A DNA stretch of 32,000 bases from positions 338,803 through 370,802 of the forward strand of contig NZ_RYEV01000004.1 of assembly GCF_004138485.1 (NCBI RefSeq). The letters run 5' to 3'. Positions within the stretch are counted from its first letter, which is position 1; every line of letters starts with the position of its first letter. This document shows positions 1 to 7,786 of this stretch, piece by piece. The notes under the pieces were generated by a model that did no database searches, was not told the DNA's origin, and worked only from the letters and a program-made list of their open reading frames with translations. A program made the position numbers and the translations under genes. The DNA is from Peristeroidobacter soli. GTDB lineage: Bacteria > Pseudomonadota > Gammaproteobacteria > Steroidobacterales > Steroidobacteraceae.

Positions 1-124
1 AAAGCCGAACAGCTCACCGGCGCGGGAGGAGAGTTTGGTCAACATCCGCGCGAGGGTACATGCCCGGGAGGGCCAGCGTCACGAGCCACCGCACACTGCC
101 GAGCGACGGAGTGTCAATGAACTC

Positions 125-149
125 GACGGCGGGCCTTGCGCCCGCCGTC
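125..149 (-). terminator. Perfect inverted repeat, 10-bp stem and 5-nt loop, just downstream of the secreted protein gene ending at 167; candidate hairpin terminator or 3'-end stabiliser
   Basis: gacggcgggc-cttgc-gcccgccgtc; arms are exact reverse complements. No T-tract follows on the minus strand, so it is not a canonical intrinsic terminator. Confidence 0.5.
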
Positions 150-166
150 TGAGGATTACGACTTTG

Positions 167-1003
167 TTACTGGACGCTGTTCAGGACCGGCGGATTGGGC
201 CGCACGGCATTGGCATCCGGATCGGTCTCCGACAGGCGCCAGTTGTCCCAACGCTGCGTGCCGTAGGCCGTCGTCTCCGTGACGTAGTTCGACATGATCA
301 GCTTGTTGGGAAACACGTTGACGTTCTCGCGCAGCTGCACGTCGGTATGCTCGCCCTTGAGCACGCCGTTGACCCAGAAGCGCACCACGCCGTTCGCCTG
401 ACCGAGCGTATTCTGCTTGATGTACAGCTTCAGCTTGTCCCACTGGCCGAACCGCACCGTCGCCGGCGTGCCGATGTTCTGCGAGACGTTCGGCATGGTG
501 CGACCGAAGCTGCCATCGGCGTTCCACTTCAGATGATCGACGAAATACTCGCCGTTACGCGGGATGACGTTGATGATGATCTGATAGCGGCGGCGACCGT
601 CGTTCACGTCTTCCAGATTGATGATGGCGATCTTGTGCACGCCCGCACCATCGGCGAAATGAAAGCCCGTGTCGAAACGGCTGTCGAAGGTGAGCCACAC
701 GCCATCGTCGGCGACTTCGCCGCCGACGCGCCGGTTGTCACCAAACACGTATTCCTTGTAGTTGTCGGTCGAGCGGCCCGCGGTCATCACGGACTGCGTC
801 GAATACCGGCCGTCCGTCGCCATCGAGGAGGTGACCGTCATCGAGGAATCCAGGCCACCGTTCCATTCGCCGAACGTGCCGGCTTCGAAACTGCTGGTGA
901 AGGGCAGGCGGGCCGCGGCGCTGAGCGCCGGCTGAGTCGTCAGGCTCGCGCCGATCAGGCACAGCGCGGCCGCCAGGGAAGATGTTTTCGTGATCCGTAC
1001 CAT
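167..1003 (-). CDS. Secreted ConA-like lectin/glucanase or polysaccharide-lyase-like protein
   Basis: 278-aa ORF with signal peptide (MVRITKTSSLAAALCLIGASLTTQPALSA); beta-rich sequence with LPFTSSFEAG, KLKLYIKQNT and RFWVNGVLKGEHT typical of jelly-roll polysaccharide-active proteins; lies 2 bp after the upstream paralog. Confidence 0.75.
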   Translation of the reverse strand: MVRITKTSSLAAALCLIGASLTTQPALSAAARLPFTSSFEAGTFGEWNGGLDSSMTVTSSMATDGRYSTQSVMTAGRSTDNYKEYVFGDNRRVGGEVADDGVWLTFDSRFDTGFHFADGAGVHKIAIINLEDVNDGRRRYQIIINVIPRNGEYFVDHLKWNADGSFGRTMPNVSQNIGTPATVRFGQWDKLKLYIKQNTLGQANGVVRFWVNGVLKGEHTDVQLRENVNVFPNKLIMSNYVTETTAYGTQRWDNWRLSETDPDANAVRPNPPVLNSVQ

Positions 1004-1005
1004 TA

Positions 1006-1908
1006 TTACTGCACCGAAAGCGAGGACGGGGGATTCGGACGCGGGGTCGTGCCCGTGCGGAAGCCGGCCGGAGGACCGATGTAGGAATCGTCGATCACGA
1101 TGTCATCGAGCATGAAATAGTTTTCGGGATCGGCGCGGACATTGCCCCAGTTCATGTAGCCGCCGATCAGGTCGACGTAGCTCCAGGTGCCGCCCGGGCC
1201 GGTGTCGTCCATATAGCGCTGCACGTACAGGCCCTGGAACTGGCCGTCCTGCGTGTCGATGTACAGCTTGATCATGCCGGTGCGGGTGTTGGCTTCCAGC
1301 TCGACGCTGATCCACTCGTTGGAGCGCTTGCCGTCGCCCTGAGTGTTGTTACCGAGGCGCAGACGCTCGGTGCCGTTCGGCCAACCCTCGCCGCCCTCGA
1401 AGCGGCACACGGTGCCGTCGCACGGCGCCCAGCTTTCCCAGTTGCCGGCCTGATAGTCGGTGGCGATCACCATCGGACGGCCGCGATTGCCGTCGCGATT
1501 CAGGATGATCAGCTTGCCGCCGGCGCCCAGCTCGTGCCACATGCGGCCCTGGTAGACCAGCACGCGAATGTTGATCTGCTCGGGGATCGTCGACAGGCCG
1601 CGAAAGTCGAACTGACCGACGGCCGCGTAGCCTTCGGAGTTCGGGCCGGTGAACTTGGCGGCACCGCGCCCGTTCCAACCGGAGGTCGGCATCCAGGTCT
1701 GGGTCGCGCCCTGGGTGATCCAGGTGAGGTCGCTGTAGTTGTTCGTGTCGAACGTTTCAGTGAACGGCAGCGAGCGAACCGTGCGAGCAGCCGAAGCCGA
1801 GGTCGCTATACTCATGCCGCCAGCAAACATGCATGCGAGCGCAAGTGCCCGCCCCCATCGTCGTGCGCCCGCGTATGCGCGGTGCGTGACTTCATTCAAC
1901 TGAGCCAT
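1006..1908 (-). CDS. Secreted ConA-like/polysaccharide-lyase-like protein, divergent paralog of the adjacent gene
   Basis: 300-aa ORF with an N-terminal hydrophobic signal and Ala-rich cleavage region; LPFTETFD, GAGGKLIILN and C-terminal RPNPPSSLSVQ echo its neighbour; AGGAG at 1918-1922 (minus) about 9 nt before the ATG. Confidence 0.72.
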   Translation of the reverse strand: MAQLNEVTHRAYAGARRWGRALALACMFAGGMSIATSASAARTVRSLPFTETFDTNNYSDLTWITQGATQTWMPTSGWNGRGAAKFTGPNSEGYAAVGQFDFRGLSTIPEQINIRVLVYQGRMWHELGAGGKLIILNRDGNRGRPMVIATDYQAGNWESWAPCDGTVCRFEGGEGWPNGTERLRLGNNTQGDGKRSNEWISVELEANTRTGMIKLYIDTQDGQFQGLYVQRYMDDTGPGGTWSYVDLIGGYMNWGNVRADPENYFMLDDIVIDDSYIGPPAGFRTGTTPRPNPPSSLSVQ

Positions 1909-1984
1909 TAGCTGCTACTCCTAAATCACTGCCCGGACGAAGCGAGGGCTGGGCCCTCGATGCTCCTGAAACCAGGAATACTTA

Positions 1985-2012
1985 CTTATACTCAATCAAC
2001 CTACACAATCAA
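1985..2012 (-). promoter_or_regulatory. Candidate sigma-70-type promoter for the 1908-167 gene pair
   Basis: Minus strand: TTGATT (2012-2007), 16-nt spacer, TATAAG (1990-1985), in an AT-rich pocket of the divergent intergenic region. Confidence 0.4.
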
Positions 2013-2233
2013 TGCAGGCGGTGCCCTGCGCAACCGTCAACTCGATGCCGCCGTACACGAGGCGCCGGCAAGATATCCGCACCTCGGCAAACCGCAAAAC
2101 TGTCGCCATTCCGCATCGAACTTCAGAACGCGAGATCACGAGGCGGCACTTTATGTAGGACACTTTCCAAGGTCACGCAGCAGCTCCCTGAATACCGTCC
2201 GAGTCCGTTGCCCACGTTGCCAGCCGGCGACAA

Positions 2234-2249
2234 CGCAATTCGAGCGCCA
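2234..2249 (-). promoter_or_regulatory. Candidate sigma-54 -24/-12 promoter element
   Basis: Minus strand TGGCGCTCGAATTGCG compared with consensus TGGCACGRNNNTTGCW; GG and GC dinucleotides are correctly spaced, with mismatches at flanking positions. Confidence 0.3.
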
Positions 2250-2278
2250 GATTCCCGACGTTTCCTGATGACAAAGAT

Positions 2279-2986
2279 ATGAATACATTTTTTGCGCACC
2301 AATCCGTAGGCGCAAACATCCTTACAGGCATAGCAGATCTCGTACGTCAGCAGCGCGCGGCCGTAGATGTATTGGACTTAACTCAGGCCCGCGGCGTTCG
2401 CTCTGCGCAGCCGCTCCTCATCATCCACCAACAGATCGGCGCAAACCGAGAACCACTCGGCAAGATCGCGGCCTTCCGTCAGGTGTTAAATGCCACCGAC
2501 CGGCCCGACTTCGACGTGGCGTTACTCAAGTTCTGCTATGTCGACATCGCCACGCAGGCCGATGCCGAAACTCTGTGGCAGCACTACCAGACGGCGATTG
2601 AGCAACTGTCGGCAGATCAGCCCGGCGTGCAGTTGGTACATTGCACGGTACCGCTGCGATCGTTGCCGGAAGGTCCGTATGCCTGGCTGCGACGTGCCCT
2701 GGGGCATCGGCATCCGTCCCTGATCGGCAATCGCGCCCGGGACTGGTTCAATCGACAATTGCGGGCGAGCTTCGGTGCCGGTCACAAACTGTTCGATCTG
2801 GCAGCGGTACAATCGCGCCGCGCCGACGGTCGCTCGTGCGAGGTCAACGATGAGGGCACCCGGGTGCCCTCATTGGCGCGGGAGTGGACTTATGACGGTG
2901 GTCATCTCAACGAGCGTGGCCGTACCATTGCCGCCGCCGCGTTTCTAGAATTTTTACAAACACTGCAGGACTCGAGAAAGCGCTGA
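2279..2986 (+). CDS. SGNH/GDSL-like hydrolase (putative polysaccharide O-acyl esterase or transferase)
   Basis: 235-aa ORF; N-terminal FFAHQSVGANI and C-terminal YDGGHLNERGR resembling the SGNH Asp-x-x-His block; stop overlaps the next start (TGATG). Confidence 0.6.
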   Translation: MNTFFAHQSVGANILTGIADLVRQQRAAVDVLDLTQARGVRSAQPLLIIHQQIGANREPLGKIAAFRQVLNATDRPDFDVALLKFCYVDIATQADAETLWQHYQTAIEQLSADQPGVQLVHCTVPLRSLPEGPYAWLRRALGHRHPSLIGNRARDWFNRQLRASFGAGHKLFDLAAVQSRRADGRSCEVNDEGTRVPSLAREWTYDGGHLNERGRTIAAAAFLEFLQTLQDSRKR

Positions 2987-4065
2987 TGACTGTTGCCGTG
3001 GTTCCCCAAGCCGCACTCGCCGGTGCCAGCGCGCCGCTCTCCGTCGAGACCGCCAGCGCCGCGCACGCCACCGAGTGGAATGCGTTCCTGAGCCAGCAAC
3101 CGCAGGGCTCCTTCTATCACCTGTTCGAGTGGAGCGGGATCAACCGCCAGGCGCTGCGCAACCCCGGCTTCAATCTCATCGCGCGCTCGGGCGGCGAGAT
3201 CCGCGGCGTGCTGCCGTTGACGTTCGTCGCCAGCCCCCTGTTCGGTCGGGTGCTGTGCTCCATGCCGTTCGTCAACTACGGCGGCCCGGTGACGGTCGAT
3301 GCGAGCGCGACCGACGCGCTGGTCCAGGCCGCGCGCGAGAAAGCGAACGAGCTGAAGGCCGACTACCTCGAGCTGCGCTGTGCCTCCGCCATCCAGACCG
3401 ACATGGCCGTCTCGACGCGCAAGATCAGCATGCACATCGAGCTGGCGCCCGATCCGGACACGTTGTGGAACAAGTTCGCGTCCAAACATCGCACCAACAT
3501 CCGGCGCGCGCAGAAGAACAATCTCGAAGTGCGCTCCGGCGGCGTCGAGCTGCTGGATGTTTTCTATTCGGTGATGGAGCAATCGTGGCGCTCGCTGGGC
3601 ACGCCCTTCTACGCGCGCTCCTACTTCGAAACCATCCTGAAAGCGCTGCCCGGATACACCAGCATCTTCGTCTGTTCGCAGGGCACGACGCCGGTGGCGG
3701 TCGCCTTCAACGGCTACTTCAACGGCATGGTCGAAGGCCTGTGGGCCGGCGGCACCGAACTGTCGCGGCCGCTGCAGGCCAATTACGTGCTGTATTGGGA
3801 AATGATGCGCGATGCCTGCGTGCGCGGCTGCGCTCGCTATCACCTGGGTCGCTCGACCGCCGATTCCGGTGCCGAGGATTTCAAGAAAAAATGGAATGCG
3901 ACGTCCAGCCAGCTGTATTGGTATTTCCATCGCCCGCGCGGCGGCGAGATGCCGCAGCTCAACGTCGACAATCCCAAGTACAAGCTCGCCATCCAGATGT
4001 GGCAGAAGCTGCCGCTGTGGGCGACGCGTCTGATCGGGCCGCCGCTGGCTCGATCGATTCCGTAA
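2986..4065 (+). CDS. FemAB-like protein, XrtA/PEP-CTERM system-associated (GNAT fold)
   Basis: 359 aa; SFYHLFEWSGINRQAL, PLTFVASPLFGRVLCSMPFVNYGG, KHRTNIRRAQKNNLE and DFKKKWNATSSQLYWYF are typical of the exosortase-associated FemAB family. Confidence 0.85.
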   Translation: MTVAVVPQAALAGASAPLSVETASAAHATEWNAFLSQQPQGSFYHLFEWSGINRQALRNPGFNLIARSGGEIRGVLPLTFVASPLFGRVLCSMPFVNYGGPVTVDASATDALVQAAREKANELKADYLELRCASAIQTDMAVSTRKISMHIELAPDPDTLWNKFASKHRTNIRRAQKNNLEVRSGGVELLDVFYSVMEQSWRSLGTPFYARSYFETILKALPGYTSIFVCSQGTTPVAVAFNGYFNGMVEGLWAGGTELSRPLQANYVLYWEMMRDACVRGCARYHLGRSTADSGAEDFKKKWNATSSQLYWYFHRPRGGEMPQLNVDNPKYKLAIQMWQKLPLWATRLIGPPLARSIP

Positions 4066-4077
4066 GGCGCCGCGCCC

Positions 4078-5283
4078 ATGGCATTCGTCGCACCGGCGGG
4101 TACGCCGATCTCTCCAGTCACTTTCGTCGTGAGCCTGGCTCGCGGCTTGGGATCGTCCGCCGCGATTCCACTCGGTGAAGGCCTCGCGGCACATGCCGGA
4201 CATCGTCGCTATTGGCTCGTGTCCACGGGTCGCGCGGCGATGGTGCTCGCGTTGCAGGCGATGCGCGATGTGAGCAAGGACCCGCAGCGAGTCGAAGTCA
4301 TCGTCCCCGCTTACACGTGCTATTCGGTGCCTGCCTCAGTCATCAAGGCCGGGCTGAAGCCGCGCCTGTGCGACGTGGATCCGGCGTCGCTGAGCCTCGA
4401 TCCCGAGGCGCTACGCAAGTTCGATTTGTCGCGCGTGCTGGCGATCGTCACCGCGAACTTGTATGGGATTCCCAATCATCTGCAGAGCATCGAAGCGATC
4501 GCGCGTGAGCACGGGGCTTTCATGCTGGATGACAGCGCGCAGGCGCTCGGCGCCACGCATGAGGGTCGTCCCGTCGGCGGCTTCGGCGATGTCGGCCTGT
4601 ACAGCTTCGATAAGGGCAAGAACATCACGAGCCTGGAAGGCGGCGCGCTGGTCGCGAGTCATCCGGAGCTGTCAGCCGCGCTGGATCGCAGGCACGCGAC
4701 GCTTGCGCCCGCCTCGGCGACGCGAACCGCCGCCACGATCGTCAAGCTCGCCGCATATGCGACACTGCTCCATCCCACGCTATACGGCGTCGTACGCAAG
4801 TTGCCCGGGCTGGGCCTGGGCCGCACCGTGTATGATGAGACGTATCCGGTCGAGCGTTACAGCGGAACGCTGGCTGGCTTTGCCGGGACCTTGCTGAAAC
4901 GGCTGCCGACGTTGACTCGAGGCCGGCAGGACAACGCCCTGGCGCTACAGGCGGCATTGAGCCAAGTCCCCGGGGTGCGGTTGATCGACGTGCCAGCGAA
5001 CTCACAGCCCGCCTACGCGCGCTATCCGTTCCTCATGACGGATGCGAGCCGACGAGCGGCGCTGCTGGAGAGGCTGGAGGCGGCGGGGATCGGCGCCACG
5101 GCGTCCTATCCGAGCGCGCTGAACGATGTTCCGGAAGTGGCCAGACACTTGCCGGCCATCGATCTGGAGATGCCCGGTGCCCGTCAGGTCGCGAACACCA
5201 TCGTCACCCTGCCGACGCACGCCTACTCACCCGCAGACCTGCCGGCGCGCGTAGCCGCGTCGATGCGCGGCGTGGTCGATTAA
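4078..5283 (+). CDS. DegT/DnrJ/EryC1/StrS-family PLP-dependent aminotransferase
   Basis: 401 aa; VIVPAYTCYSVPASVIKAGLKPRLCDVDP, MLDDSAQALGATHEGRPVGGFGDVGLYSFDKGKNITSLEGGALV (PLP-lysine region). Confidence 0.88.
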   Translation: MAFVAPAGTPISPVTFVVSLARGLGSSAAIPLGEGLAAHAGHRRYWLVSTGRAAMVLALQAMRDVSKDPQRVEVIVPAYTCYSVPASVIKAGLKPRLCDVDPASLSLDPEALRKFDLSRVLAIVTANLYGIPNHLQSIEAIAREHGAFMLDDSAQALGATHEGRPVGGFGDVGLYSFDKGKNITSLEGGALVASHPELSAALDRRHATLAPASATRTAATIVKLAAYATLLHPTLYGVVRKLPGLGLGRTVYDETYPVERYSGTLAGFAGTLLKRLPTLTRGRQDNALALQAALSQVPGVRLIDVPANSQPAYARYPFLMTDASRRAALLERLEAAGIGATASYPSALNDVPEVARHLPAIDLEMPGARQVANTIVTLPTHAYSPADLPARVAASMRGVVD

Positions 5284-6542
5284 GCCGCTTCGATCGCCTC
5301 TTCGGAATCGTCGTCGTCGACGACCGCGTCACGGGCATAGGTCAGCGCCGTGCTCAGGAGCTCGGCATTGAGCACGCGAATGTCGTAGCGGGATTGCGCG
5401 AACGCGCGCCCCTCCGCACCCAACGCACGCAGCTGCTCTTCGGACAAGCCCACTAACTTTCGCAGACCGGCGACCATGCCTTCCACGTCGCCCGGCTCGA
5501 AGCTGAACGGCAACATGGTCGGCGCCGTAGACTCGCCCACACCACCGGTGCGGCTCACGGCAGCCACGGCTCTGAACAGCATCGCTTCCTGTACGACGCA
5601 GGCCTGGTTCTCTTCCCAGGTGCCTGCCGGGATGCTCGGCAACAGGAATACATCCGCCTCGGTATAGCAGCGATACAACTGGTCCTGCTCGACCCGGCCG
5701 AGCATTTCGATGTGCCGGTCCAGGCCGTTGTCGGCGATGAAACTCGCGAGCTGTTTGCGCAACGGCCCGTCACCGGCGAGGCGCACCTTGATGTCGTGCC
5801 CTTCCTGGATCAGCACCTTCAACGCCTGCAGGCCGAGCATGAAGCCCTTCTCCTCGCTCAGCCGGCCGACCATGAAAATATTCAGCTTGCCGTCGCGCCG
5901 ATAGGCACGCGGCTGCGGGTCGGGGAAGCCGCGCAGATCGAAACCGACCGGCGAAATCACGATCCGCTCCGCCGCCTGACCGCGACCGATGGCGTGCTTG
6001 CGGGAGCTTTCGGTGTTGGTGAACACCACATCGAAGCTGTCGAACGTCGCCTTCACCGTCGCCACTGACGGCGTCGGCACGCCGGGCACTTCGCCACCGT
6101 GGTAGTACATGGCGATGACCGCCTCGGGATAGATCGCCCGCAGGAACTGCAGGTTGGCGGCGGCTCGCAGATTGTGAACCAGCACCATGTCGGGGCTGTC
6201 GGCGGGCAGCAGCAGCGCGCGAGCCATGTTCAGGCAGCGATGCTTCAAAGACGCGGGATGCGCGAAGGCACGCAACGAGCGTTGGAGGGCCCGCCCGGGC
6301 CGGCGAACGAAGTCACGCAGGGCCTGCCCGAAGAAGCTCGGCAGCTCCCGCGCCGTCGGCGGCAAATACCGCGTCTGACGCACGAACGCGCCTTCCTGGC
6401 CGCCATTGCCCATACCGCCATCGTGCAGCCCGAAGGCATACACCGTCAGTTCGTGGCCATCCTGAAGGAAGCGCTCGAACTGGACGTAGTGATAGGCTTT
6501 GTAGGGACTGGGGAAATGCTCAGCAATCGCCAGCAGCTTCAA
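5280..6542 (-). CDS. Glycosyltransferase family 4 (GT-B)
   Basis: 420 aa; KLNIFMVGRLSEEKGFMLGLQALK, LAGDGPLRKQLASFI, CYTEADVFLLPSIPAG...VVQEAMLFRAVAAVSRTGGVGE. Confidence 0.9.
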   Translation of the reverse strand: MKLLAIAEHFPSPYKAYHYVQFERFLQDGHELTVYAFGLHDGGMGNGGQEGAFVRQTRYLPPTARELPSFFGQALRDFVRRPGRALQRSLRAFAHPASLKHRCLNMARALLLPADSPDMVLVHNLRAAANLQFLRAIYPEAVIAMYYHGGEVPGVPTPSVATVKATFDSFDVVFTNTESSRKHAIGRGQAAERIVISPVGFDLRGFPDPQPRAYRRDGKLNIFMVGRLSEEKGFMLGLQALKVLIQEGHDIKVRLAGDGPLRKQLASFIADNGLDRHIEMLGRVEQDQLYRCYTEADVFLLPSIPAGTWEENQACVVQEAMLFRAVAAVSRTGGVGESTAPTMLPFSFEPGDVEGMVAGLRKLVGLSEEQLRALGAEGRAFAQSRYDIRVLNAELLSTALTYARDAVVDDDDSEEAIEAA

Positions 6543-6757
6543 GACCGCATCCTTTGAGCGTTATCCAGCCCCGCTTGGCCGGTCGCTCGGTGTGTTCCGT
6601 GCGGCCAGAATGCGCTAAACACGTATGGCAGTGCAACTAAATACGCGGACAGGTTCGCGGGTTTGTGACCCACCGCAGGTACAATGCGCCGGGCGATAAA
6701 TAACCGCAGAATTCCGTCAACGGCGCCGACAGCGCGTTTCCCCGAGATGCTCGATCT

Positions 6758-7786
6758 GTGATTGCGAAGCGACTTCTGAAGAGCGCGCTGGTCGCCGGCG
6801 CGTACCACACCGGACTGCTGAGCCTGTATCTCGGGCGCAAGCTGCGGGGCCGTGCCGTGGCGCTCACCTACCACCGCGTCCTGCCCGAACAGGAGCTGGC
6901 CCGCTCCTTCTCGACCGACGCCATCGTGGTCACTCCGGCGACCTTTCGTCGCCACATGCAGACCTTACGGAAATCTTTCAATCCGCTCACCGCCGAACAG
7001 TTCTCGGCTGCGCTCGCAAGCGGCCAATGGCCGGCGCGGGCCTGTATCGTGACGTTCGACGACGGCTGGCTGGACAACCTCGAGCACGCGCTGCCGATCC
7101 TCAAGGAATGTAACGTGCCCGCCGTGCTGTTCGTCGCGACCGATTATGTCGGCACCGAGCGTTGTTTCTGGCAGGAGACGCTGGCGCGCTATCTCGCCGC
7201 CGCGGCGAGCGTCCCGGAGCGCAGCGCCCCGCTGTTCACCGAGCTGGGGATTGCCCACGTTCTGAAGCTGCCGCCGGCCGATGCCCGCACCGCCACCCGG
7301 AGCATGATCGACTCGTTGAAGTCCCAACCGCAGGCGCAGCTCGATGCACTGCTCGCCCGCGTGCACGGTCTGTTACAACAATGGCAGGTCGAGCTGCCGC
7401 AGAATCACCCGGACCGGTTTCTATCCTGGGCGCAGGTCAAACAACTCAGCGAAAGCGGCGTGGTCACCATCGCCTCACATTGCTGCTCGCACACGCCGCT
7501 GACCAAGCTGGCAGCGGATGCCGTGCGCGAGGAATTGCAGCGCTCGCGCCGGGTCATCCAGGAGCGCATCGGCGTCGATACCCACGACATGGCTTATCCG
7601 AACGGCGATCACGATCCCGCCATCGCTGCCGCCGTGCGCGACAGCGGCTATCGCACCGGCTACACCACGATCCGTGGTCACGTGGCGCCCGCGGCCAACG
7701 CCTTTACCTTGAAAAGAATCAACATCCACGAGCGTGGCACGGCCACGCCGGGCGCGTTCCTGGCGCGCCTCGCCGGAATTTTCTAG
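6758..7786 (+). CDS. Polysaccharide deacetylase family protein (NodB-like, PgaB/IcaB type)
   Basis: 342 aa; VALTYHRVLP, CIVTFDDGWLDNLEHALPILKECNVPAVLFV, SHCCSHTPLTKL, DMAYPNGDHD; GTG start. Confidence 0.85.
   Translation: MIAKRLLKSALVAGAYHTGLLSLYLGRKLRGRAVALTYHRVLPEQELARSFSTDAIVVTPATFRRHMQTLRKSFNPLTAEQFSAALASGQWPARACIVTFDDGWLDNLEHALPILKECNVPAVLFVATDYVGTERCFWQETLARYLAAAASVPERSAPLFTELGIAHVLKLPPADARTATRSMIDSLKSQPQAQLDALLARVHGLLQQWQVELPQNHPDRFLSWAQVKQLSESGVVTIASHCCSHTPLTKLAADAVREELQRSRRVIQERIGVDTHDMAYPNGDHDPAIAAAVRDSGYRTGYTTIRGHVAPAANAFTLKRINIHERGTATPGAFLARLAGIF

Noticed and set aside
35-1084. 349-aa plus-strand ORF at the left edge
   Set aside because: Antisense to the signal-peptide-bearing secreted protein; His/Arg-rich shadow translation.
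1960-2268. 102-aa plus-strand ORF in the divergent intergenic region
   Set aside because: No convincing Shine-Dalgarno or domain; overlaps candidate promoter elements. Not excluded, but unsupported.
2902-4203. 433-aa minus-strand and 367-aa plus-strand (3075-4178) ORFs
   Set aside because: Both overlap the clear FemAB-like gene 2986-4065 in non-coding frames.
7162-7785. N-terminal extension of the ATP-grasp track ORF
   Set aside because: Reads out of frame through the deacetylase gene; the coupled GTG at 7786 directly precedes the ARILVTDGDNRSALAATRALGELGH domain start.
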